A DNA stretch of 63,776 bases, filler included, from an uncultured bacterium (GTDB taxonomy: Bacteria > Latescibacterota > UBA2968), in assembly GCA_964471275.1 (NCBI GenBank). It is 4 parts of 4 records of this genome, joined end to end, with 100 filler letters (N's around TTAATTAATTAA, not from the genome) between each part and the next. Parts side by side here need not be neighbours in the genome. Positions count along the whole stretch, not along the records: positions 35,731 to 53,334 come from CAYYGZ010000078.1; 3 more parts are not named here. One strand, given 5' to 3'. Position numbers and translations under genes: made by a program. The number at the start of each line of letters is the position of its first letter. The stretch's first letter is position 1. The notes beneath the pieces are model-generated. The model saw only the letters and a list, made by a program, of their open reading frames with translations. It was not told where the DNA came from and ran no database searches. Positions 39,801 to 46,621 of this stretch are shown here, in pieces.

Positions 39801-41920
39801 TATCGGGTGTCCGTGCGGGGAACCGTACCTCCCTCCTCAATCGGCGAAACATAGCTCCAGACATCCCAAGCATACTGATTGTCGAAGAGACCGTTCGGAT
39901 CCTCGTCAATGCCCCTAACGATGGTATGGGTATCACTGTCACCGAGATTCAACCGAGTCACGAGATCCGTGCCGTCCGAGTTGCCGCTCGTATACCCGAT
40001 GCTCTTCGTTGCATCCCGGAAGTCAGATCGGGTGCTGTAGTAGAGATCGATCTGCGCGTTGTCATCGGCATCTCGATCACCCATAATGCCCGTCTCCCCC
40101 CACGAGAGGGACACAAACCGTGTTGCCGGTCCCGGCAGGATATTCTTGCCGTCCAAATCCAGCTGCATCTGCGACACATCGATACCCGTAATGACATCGA
40201 GATCCCCATCGGCAGTTCTGAAATCGTCCAGGATGAACGCATCGGGCGTCAGATCCGGCGAATGTGTTACGGTCGTCGTCGTATACGTGGGGGATGAACT
40301 GAATGGGTCGTCCTGTACCTGTGCCAGTATCCTGTGGTCATCATCCCCATCTGTGGCAGCGAAATAGACGTTATAAGTTCCCTCCGGAACAATGCTTTCG
40401 ACCAACTGGGTTACGGAGTCCCGGGTCAGACCGATAAAATCGAAGGTACGACTGTTGATTGTCAGTGAATCGGATCCTGTAACGAAGATCCCTCCGGACA
40501 GGCTGTCTATTCCCGTCCCCAAAAAACTGGACGGTGTCAGACCGCTCTGCATCGACAAGAAGATCCGCATACTAAAAGCGGCCGGGTTGTCTACGTCTTC
40601 GGCGTGGAAGAGCATCGTCAGTATTGCAGACGGCTCGGGTGTGAGTCCGTTGTTGAGCGTGCTGAGCGCTGATCCCTTGGCGACAAATGACCCCGTATCG
40701 AGCGTAACGGTCTGGTTGTCCTTCCGATTGGCTGCGACGGCTGCCATACCCGGTATATCGCTTGGAACCTGCACGATCCCGGTCTGCGAAAACTGATCAC
40801 CGCCGTCGTCGTCGTAGTCCCATCCGACAATCACGAATTCTGGCGGATGCGTTACCAGCAAAGGACCGCTTCGCGCGAGAAACGCGTTACCCGTGAAGGT
40901 GCCCAGTCTGGAGTTGTCGAACCCGAGCTTGGCGCCACCGCCATTCAGCATGTTCGCGGCCGGGAACCGACCGGGCGCCGGATCTGCCATCACATACACA
41001 TAATAGACCGTGTTGTCGGCGGTCTCCTCCATCGACAGAACACCGTTTACGCTGTCCGCCGAAGTGGCCGTGCCAAACGTCGACACGAAATCTTCTCGGA
41101 TGAAGGTGCGATCGACCAGACGAGGTCTTTGCCGCTGCCCGACCAGCGGGGTTCGATCCGCCCCGAGTGTGAAATGCTTCACAGGCGCAAGCGTCGAGGG
41201 CCGAGTCACGAGCGCAGAATCTGTGCTCAGGTAGAATGAATACAGGATATCTGTCTGGGCGTCTGAAAATCCTGTAGACAGAGACAGACCGGACATGCCC
41301 GTATGACTGAGATCGGGCAAGGAGGCGGGAAAAGCGAGTTTATAGAATCGACCGCCCAGCGTGGTTGTGTCACCCACCGACGAGTCCGGTCTCGCGAACT
41401 GGAACTGCTGGAGACGCTGGTTCTCGAGTTTCGATACCTGAACCATCTGTTTTGACCCGACGTCGGCACTGAAATCCAGGGCATAGACGGTGTCGACGCG
41501 GCCTCCGTTTGCGATACCGGTGAAATCGGTAGGCGTCTTGAGGTCATACTCCACGGTCACGATCGCCGCGCCCGCAGTTCCAGTGATACCAAAATTGAGT
41601 GTGGCGAGGGTTGATGAAGCTGAACCGGCAAAGAACGACGACAGAGCGCCAGAATTGGTTGTCGTCGTCACGGAGTTTGCCAGCACCGTCAGTTCGGCCG
41701 GGACCGTGATTGTAAACGCACGGGTAGCCGCGACGGCCGAGCCACCGAGCGTGATATCAAACCGCTGGTGGAACTGCTCCACAGAATTGGTTTCTATCCC
41801 GTTAATCACCTCGTCCGGTATCAATATCACGGTCTGTGCCCGCAGACCGGAGACAAAGATGCCCAAGGCGACCAACGCCAACAGAAATCCCGGAATAAGT
41901 TGACGGTAACGTGGGGTCAT
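36842..41920 (-). CDS. Giant secreted protein (1692 aa) with repeated beta-rich modules and alternating cohesin-like and dockerin/EF-hand domains
   Basis: Signal peptide; cohesin-like VGDTFDVTVEV...YEFHLQYDPSVL...GSGKGTLGTVRLKA; dockerin-like DLNTDGRVDFADFLIL..HFG and DVTRDGIVNATD; no catalytic domain recognised. Confidence 0.8.
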   Translation of the reverse strand: MTPRYRQLIPGFLLALVALGIFVSGLRAQTVILIPDEVINGIETNSVEQFHQRFDITLGGSAVAATRAFTITVPAELTVLANSVTTTTNSGALSSFFAGSASSTLATLNFGITGTAGAAIVTVEYDLKTPTDFTGIANGGRVDTVYALDFSADVGSKQMVQVSKLENQRLQQFQFARPDSSVGDTTTLGGRFYKLAFPASLPDLSHTGMSGLSLSTGFSDAQTDILYSFYLSTDSALVTRPSTLAPVKHFTLGADRTPLVGQRQRPRLVDRTFIREDFVSTFGTATSADSVNGVLSMEETADNTVYYVYVMADPAPGRFPAANMLNGGGAKLGFDNSRLGTFTGNAFLARSGPLLVTHPPEFVIVGWDYDDDGGDQFSQTGIVQVPSDIPGMAAVAANRKDNQTVTLDTGSFVAKGSALSTLNNGLTPEPSAILTMLFHAEDVDNPAAFSMRIFLSMQSGLTPSSFLGTGIDSLSGGIFVTGSDSLTINSRTFDFIGLTRDSVTQLVESIVPEGTYNVYFAATDGDDDHRILAQVQDDPFSSSPTYTTTTVTHSPDLTPDAFILDDFRTADGDLDVITGIDVSQMQLDLDGKNILPGPATRFVSLSWGETGIMGDRDADDNAQIDLYYSTRSDFRDATKSIGYTSGNSDGTDLVTRLNLGDSDTHTIVRGIDEDPNGLFDNQYAWDVWSYVSPIEEGGTVPRTDTRYYIYGIITGGSTSRLISFTESGSSARGIVFQHPPYIRGLQPAQDIQVSVEDPIIVSWEAKDVDNGGSVGTPAAAGLVAADGSASSPNIRIILTSADFGQVTTWGTISSSTEINRMWLANSTDGSLGSEIELNEGVDTSFVIVGNRLRNNLGVGASSADLELQTNGGFGETYFLYLAIDGGGSLDGIVGDQPASFLATTPLVKAPGRITFTGLVPASPATSVRFIVPPKMFAIEDDTLRIPITPDDGNATGLQIDIVDIFMSFDDTLFEPIDTDASMAGIQPFTLGSNPQISASNVQQIAQVIDGNLSFEFIYTDQNSGLTFFDGVQTLAYANFKANPLTGGSVVQTFISIDSQDPRRSKMLIPPFGTDIGASIPPPIEVRILPRGGLTGTVPLQGRSVSADTITFFLREVGSFDEVVDPFFVENDIDAARSGVQVQTMGVNGDFELRSIPSGRFILVAKADRHLAGHDTLDVYPGASLPNLQPTIDGLGVDRGFLIAGDVAGVSDSTGASLPDNFIDVADLNAINNALFSQTGDANFNPFTDVTRDGIVNATDKDYSAVNLTDNTNATNRIRPVTPTFKQAIIDGSNTEAIVSISGAPATSVQVGDTFDVTVEVDGAVAVRTYEFHLQYDPSVLAAVDLVSNGSILENYRTDVAGKILDGDLGIVNSVIGRTEIGGSGKGTLGTVRLKAIQTSSQTMLSLADVMLIDIEHVSALPNLGDPIVIGIAGSATAYHDANGEEVLGLILPDVDPRVDFNDFVAFADAFGYTSTDLRYNASADLNTDGRVDFADFLILTIHFGKTVVDAPSSARAKPGLGALMGPGQQPSLSPDVSLKLKEEESDGDRLVLSVSMFGANEMKAWGFELTHDTQGFEFLGARLPSTNLLEKNGAEAPLLLVKDLGKGRTLLASAISAGGESVSGDGAVVEAVFGVKGTPDRGTFRVEEGVVFDGYKQLSELLAAEKEVYVTGPAYSSLFGTFSDLLKSIRLP

Positions 41921-41986
41921 GATTAGGGAGTCCTGGTTTATGCCAGGAGAGCGATTGGTCAGTATATCCCGATACGTTCGAGTGCT

Positions 41987-41996
41987 ACATCCGTGT
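41987..41996 (-). promoter_or_regulatory. Candidate CsrA/RsmA binding site
   Basis: Minus-strand ACACGGATGT matches (A/U)CANGGANG(U/A) exactly; lies in a GGA-rich leader. Confidence 0.5.
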
Positions 41997-42126
41997 GCGA
42001 CCCGATATCATTCGGCGTCCAACCGTCGCTCCTTTTCCATTCCTGGGATCTAACTTCCTATTGTGCAGCGTTTTCCGATTCCCTTCGGAGTGTGAGATCG
42101 GGTCTGCGTACAGGCCCTCCTGTCAA

Positions 42127-42153
42127 GTATCGGCGGAGGGGCTTGAGTCTTTA
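42127..42153 (-). promoter_or_regulatory. sigma28 (FliA/SigD)-type promoter
   Basis: Minus strand TAAA-gactcaagcccctcc(15 nt)-GCCGATAC versus consensus TAAA-N15-GCCGATAA; about 200 nt upstream of the giant gene, just past a terminator. Confidence 0.7.
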
Positions 42154-42184
42154 GTCGATTACTCAGTTTTTTCTCGATCTTAAG

Positions 42185-42220
42185 AAAAAACGTCACCGGC
42201 CACAGCCGATGACGTTTTTT
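42185..42220. terminator. Intrinsic terminator of the ROK/isomerase operon
   Basis: AAAAAACGTCACCGGC / GCCGATGACGTTTTTT inverted repeat with A/T tails. Confidence 0.8.
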
Positions 42221-42241
42221 CCCCCCAATTCTATGCTGCCT

Positions 42242-43135
42242 CTACAACCGACGAGCCATAGCCACGGCCCCCAGAAGGACCGCATTATCGCCTCTTCTGG
42301 CGGCTACGACACGGACATCGTCTCTATGTACAGGCATCACACGGCGTTTCACGCTCGATCTGAGGCGTTCGAACAGGATTCGGCCCGCCTTCGCAACCCC
42401 CCCGCCCACGACAACCAGCTCCGGTGCGATGGTATTGACGATTGCCGCGATCGCCATTCCCAGGTAATCTGCCGTCTCCTCGACAACCTTCAGCGCCACG
42501 GGATCGCCGTTCCGGGCGCAATCGAACACATCCTTCGCCGTTAGACCGGCCCGCTTCATACGCGTGCGTCCCCGCGTTGCAATCGCCGGTCCGGAGCAGA
42601 GGGATTCGAGGCAGCCCACATTTCCACAAGCGCAGCGGGGTCGGTCTCTCAGAATCGGCACGTGCCCCAGCTCGCCGGCATTTCCGTTCGCGCCTCTGTA
42701 AACGTCTCCGTCCAGGACAATCCCTCCCCCGATACCCGTGCTCACCGTGTAGTAAACGAGGCTCTTCAACCCGCGTCCCGCTCCATACACAAGCTCTCCC
42801 ATCGCCCCGACGTTTGCATCGTTATCCACGATGGCCGGCACACCGATCTCGGCTTGCAGGATCTCCGGCAGAGCGACGTCATCCCACCCGGCCACGTGAG
42901 TCGAGTTGATGATCCGTTGACGGTCGAAATCTACGGGTCCACCGAACCCGATACCCGACGCGTGGATCGGAAACGCGTCACAGAAGTCGGATGCGATCCG
43001 GGTGACCTGCTCGATCATCCACTCGGAGCCACCCGCCACCTTTGTCGACCGGCGTGCCACGCGCACCAATCGGCCAGCGTCGTCGGCGACTGCGACCCGG
43101 AACCGCGTACCACCGATGTCGATCGCAAGAATCAC
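42242..43135 (-). CDS. ROK-family sugar kinase
   Basis: AIDIGGT, DNDAN, STGIGGG, GELGH, CACGNVGCLE; no HTH. Confidence 0.93.
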   Translation of the reverse strand: MILAIDIGGTRFRVAVADDAGRLVRVARRSTKVAGGSEWMIEQVTRIASDFCDAFPIHASGIGFGGPVDFDRQRIINSTHVAGWDDVALPEILQAEIGVPAIVDNDANVGAMGELVYGAGRGLKSLVYYTVSTGIGGGIVLDGDVYRGANGNAGELGHVPILRDRPRCACGNVGCLESLCSGPAIATRGRTRMKRAGLTAKDVFDCARNGDPVALKVVEETADYLGMAIAAIVNTIAPELVVVGGGVAKAGRILFERLRSSVKRRVMPVHRDDVRVVAARRGDNAVLLGAVAMARRL

Positions 43136-43896
43136 GGCGAAATCAGCCCGATATCCCGAAGATGCCTGACCGACTGCTCGACACGATCCTTCGCGATCTC
43201 CTCGCTGAAGTCCTCACCCTTGATCCCCTCTAGCTCAAGGGTGTAGGGCCCGGAGAAACGGTTCTGTTCCAGTATGCTCAGACAGGCCTGAAAATCCACA
43301 ATGCCTTCGCCCAGTGCCGGGAAATGCCAGGACTCATAGCCGCCATCCGTGTCCTTCAGGTGAACCGATGCGACGAATTCTGCGATCTCACGCAACTCGC
43401 CTTCGGCTGTGACGTCGCGGTTATAGTAGTAGACATTGGCCGTATCGTAGTTGATGCGGACGTTTGGGTGACCAACACCCGCCATCGTCTCGCGACCGAT
43501 CCGGGCGTTGGTCACCAGATCCGGATGTGTCTCGAGTGCGACCGTGATCCCTCGCTCCGCCGCCGCATCGCCGATGCTCTGCAACCTGCCATACACATAC
43601 TCTCGATCCAGTTCCGCAGTCCTGGCGCTCGTAAACACAAGATCCACCCCGAGGTCCCGTGCGGCATCGAGGTGATGGGTGAACCTGAGAACCACATCAT
43701 CGGCATCCATCTGGCAGTGAATGATTGCAGAGGAGACGGCCAGACCTTTGGCAGACAGGCCATTCCGGACCGCATCCACCCCGGATGGTTCAGGACACGG
43801 GATCTCTACGTATCGAATCCCGACCTCGGACAGGTGGCTGTAGGCCACCTCGCTGAAAGCGCCATACGACGCGAGATTGCAGGCAAGTACTGACAC
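43132..43896 (-). CDS. Sugar phosphate isomerase/epimerase (AP endonuclease 2 TIM barrel)
   Basis: ALETH, NYDTAN, HLKD, LGEGIVDF, YTLELE. Confidence 0.88.
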   Translation of the reverse strand: MSVLACNLASYGAFSEVAYSHLSEVGIRYVEIPCPEPSGVDAVRNGLSAKGLAVSSAIIHCQMDADDVVLRFTHHLDAARDLGVDLVFTSARTAELDREYVYGRLQSIGDAAAERGITVALETHPDLVTNARIGRETMAGVGHPNVRINYDTANVYYYNRDVTAEGELREIAEFVASVHLKDTDGGYESWHFPALGEGIVDFQACLSILEQNRFSGPYTLELEGIKGEDFSEEIAKDRVEQSVRHLRDIGLISP

Positions 43897-43921
43897 AACT
43901 CACGCCCCTTCGATCGGGGTG

Positions 43922-44152
43922 CTAGTGGATGAACCGCTGGAGAAACACGAGGACAAAGAAGACAACGAGCGGAGAGAGATCGAACCCGCCCATCGGAGGC
44001 AGCATCCGACGGATTGGCGAAAGAATGGGCTCAGTCAGCCGATAGATGCCATCGACGATCGGATTGTTCGGGTTGGGGTTGAACCACGACATCAGGACGC
44101 GGGCGAGCATCACATACTCGTAAAGCGAAAGAATCGTTGAAAAAATTCTCAT
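43922..44152 (-). CDS. yggT: YggT family membrane protein
   Basis: ARVLMSWF.P...NP....IYRLTEPIL.PIRR.LPPMGGFDLSP. Confidence 0.92.
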   Translation of the reverse strand: MRIFSTILSLYEYVMLARVLMSWFNPNPNNPIVDGIYRLTEPILSPIRRMLPPMGGFDLSPLVVFFVLVFLQRFIH

Positions 44153-44184
44153 CTATAGTCACCACGGTCTGTTCTGAGGATGGT

Positions 44185-44577
44185 TCAGGTGATGCCCAAG
44201 CTACGGATCCGAGCCCTGCATTTGAGGATTTCCCTCGTGGTGCAGACTAGGTCGTCGATCGAGCTCAGGTCAAAAGGCTTGGAAATGACGGTATCGGCGA
44301 CCGCGAAGTCAACCTCGGTCACAAGGTCCGTGTAACCGGAGATAATGGCCATTACGGCCTGCGGCAGACTCGACCGCAGAACCGGGAGGATATCCAGACC
44401 GCCGCCGTCAGGCAGGTGCAGGTCCAGCAGGATGAGATCGTAGGCGGCCGTGATGCACTTGCCCAATCCCTCGCTCCCGCTGTTGGCCACATCCAGAACC
44501 AGCCCCGGTATCCGACCGAAGTGACTTACCAGAAACACGCGTACGTCGGGATCATCTTCGATAAGCAGAACGGTCAG
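44185..44577 (-). CDS. Single-domain response regulator (probable CTG start)
   Basis: VLLIEDD, LILLDLHLPDGGG, ISG, SKPF; AGGAG 5 nt before CTG 44577 (ORF track start 44634). Confidence 0.85.
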   Translation of the reverse strand: MTVLLIEDDPDVRVFLVSHFGRIPGLVLDVANSGSEGLGKCITAAYDLILLDLHLPDGGGLDILPVLRSSLPQAVMAIISGYTDLVTEVDFAVADTVISKPFDLSSIDDLVCTTREILKCRARIRSLGIT

Positions 44578-44639
44578 ACGATCTCCTGTGTGCGGCCAAT
44601 ATATGCGTGTTCGGTAACCTCGGCAAACCGACACAAAAG

Positions 44640-44990
44640 TCAGGCCGGATCCTCTTTAACAAGCAGACCGCGGGCCAGCTGTCCGGTCAAGGCGCCGCAG
44701 CTGCAGCCGACCAGTCCACCGGCTCCCCACGAGATCCCGACTTCCTGTCCCTGGTAGAATCCGTACCCGATCCCCGTTGTCACCGCGAATGCGATCGACG
44801 AGCGAATGGCACGGTGAAGCCGGTCACGCATCAGATCTTCGACAGGAACCGTACTGCCAAAGATAACCCCCACACCAAGACCGGCATACAGACCGATTCG
44901 GGGATACGCCGCGGGCATTGCGAAGAAATAGATCGCTGTGATTGCCGCGGAAATGCAGACAAACAGCACGCTGCCTGATCGTGAATCCAT
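44640..44990 (-). CDS. Hypothetical Gly-rich multi-TM membrane protein
   Basis: About 4 hydrophobic segments; GGAGAG RBS before ATG 44990. Confidence 0.7.
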   Translation of the reverse strand: MDSRSGSVLFVCISAAITAIYFFAMPAAYPRIGLYAGLGVGVIFGSTVPVEDLMRDRLHRAIRSSIAFAVTTGIGYGFYQGQEVGISWGAGGLVGCSCGALTGQLARGLLVKEDPA

Positions 44991-45157
44991 AGATCTCTCC
45001 AAGCGAAACTGAACCGGCTTGACTTGTGGATTGGAACGGCCAATCTCTTACCGCTCCCTCCCCCCCCCCTCAAAAAAAAAACAGGCTATTCTGTTATTTT
45101 TACAGGGAATAGATATTTTATTGCACGACAATTCCAAGCGCGGAAGTAGCCCGATAA

Positions 45158-45410
45158 GCTCAATATACACAGGTTGGCGAGCAGAGGCTCGAGATCTTGA
45201 ATCTGGACAGGTTTTCTACCGCGAGACCGGGATCAGCAAAGCTGAAGTCATCGTCGCTACCTCGGTATCGCCCCGACTATTTGGTGTCACATCGAGGGTC
45301 GTCCGCTGTCCCTTGTCCGCTATCTGGATGGTTGCACGGGTCCGAGCTTCTTTCAGAAGAGCAATCCGGACAAGACGCCCCCCAGGATCGAGAACGTCAA
45401 ACTCGGGGAT
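45158..45410 (+). pseudogene. ligD: Remnant of LigD polymerase (NHEJ primase-polymerase) domain
   Basis: Three frames concatenate to AQYTQVGEQRLEILNLD / VFYRETGISKAEVI / RYLGIAPTIWCHIEGRPLSLVRYLDGCTGPSFFQK...IENVKLG, matching the LigD-Pol N-terminus (SNLDKV.yP..g.tK.e.i.YY..iAP..l.H...RPl.l.RyPdG.....FFQK). Confidence 0.75.
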
Positions 45411-45991
45411 GGGAGGAGGGGCCGCAGGTCATATACACCGAGTTCGCCCACAAGCGGGGGAGGGAGGTCTCTCGGTTGAGCCGATGGTCCAGGACAGAGA
45501 AAGCGAAAAAGATTGCGGCCAAGAAGGTCGGGGGCGCGTGGTCCCAATCCTGAATCGAATGAGAGGGATCGATGGGGAGTCTGCGGGGGGACTGGGGGGG
45601 GAGACAGGATGGTCCAGACCTGCGAGAGATCCTTCGCCGTTGGCTCAGGATGACGTGTCTACACCCTTGGTTTTCATTTTGTACCCTAACCTGATTTGGG
45701 TTGGCCGGAGTCCACATTTATACTACTTTCGAGTCGTTATGGAACACAGCGCCGGCCAGACATTCAGTGGTTTTGTAGCGATGAACGCGGAGGAGCGCCG
45801 GAACTGGCATTTCTCCCACAGACGGGCCGGGGCGTCTGCCGTCGTATCCCCACGGGAAACGCTGCCCGAGACACCCGACAGATTGTCGATGAGGCGGTCT
45901 GACTCAACAGAATTCCCCGACCAGGCAGCACCTTTGCGACAACGAACCGCCTGACGCTCTACACTTCCTGAAACGAAAGCAGTACGCTCGC

Positions 45992-46606
45992 TTGGCGAAA
46001 CTGATACCATTTCCGACTCAGCCAACGACTAAGCTCGGCTACAAGCGCGTCGGTATTCGCCGACACGCGGACTTGGAACGACACGGACAGCTAAACCTCT
46101 TTACCGAAATGAGAGGCCAGGTCGTCGAGTTGCCCAATCGTCTGAGCACCTTCGAGGAGGCCCTTCTCCTCGATGAACACGGCGACCCGGCTGCCGCAGA
46201 GCTGTATCGCCAGGCCATCCACGAAACGGACTGCGTCGCCGAAGCCTACTGCAACCTTGGCATCCTTGAATCTGAATCCGGTCATCGTCCGCAGGCCTTC
46301 GACTGCTTTACCTTATCGCTCGCCAACGACCCGCGCCACTTCGAGTCACACTACAACCTCGGCAACCTCTACCTTGACGAGGGCGACTTCCGTCTCGCCA
46401 AACTGCACTACGAAACCTGCACAGTCGTCGAACCCGATTTCCCAGACACCTACTTCAACCTCGGTCTCGTACTGGTTATGAGTGAACAGCGCGAGCACGC
46501 CCTGCACGCGCTTGAACGCTACAAGGCCCTTGTCCCCGACCACGAAGCGACCAAAGCCAACGAATTGATTGCCAGCCTCAATCAGACGAGCCAGGCCGAG
46601 CGCTGA
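45992..46606 (+). CDS. TPR protein with N-terminal QLNLF motif
   Basis: TPRs AYCNLG, SHYNLGNLY, TYFNLG; QLNLF at residues 33-37. Confidence 0.85.
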   Translation: MAKLIPFPTQPTTKLGYKRVGIRRHADLERHGQLNLFTEMRGQVVELPNRLSTFEEALLLDEHGDPAAAELYRQAIHETDCVAEAYCNLGILESESGHRPQAFDCFTLSLANDPRHFESHYNLGNLYLDEGDFRLAKLHYETCTVVEPDFPDTYFNLGLVLVMSEQREHALHALERYKALVPDHEATKANELIASLNQTSQAER

Positions 46607-46621
46607 GCCCCCTCCACCGAA

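Noticed and set aside
45091..45105. CTGT-N7-ACAG as a LexA SOS box upstream of the ligD remnant
   Set aside because: Spacing is one base short of CTGT-N8-ACAG, and the LexA motif of this lineage is unknown
45019..45954. 311-aa ORF in the ORF track
   Set aside because: Low-complexity, non-protein-like sequence; the region is better explained as a frameshifted ligD remnant plus intergenic DNA
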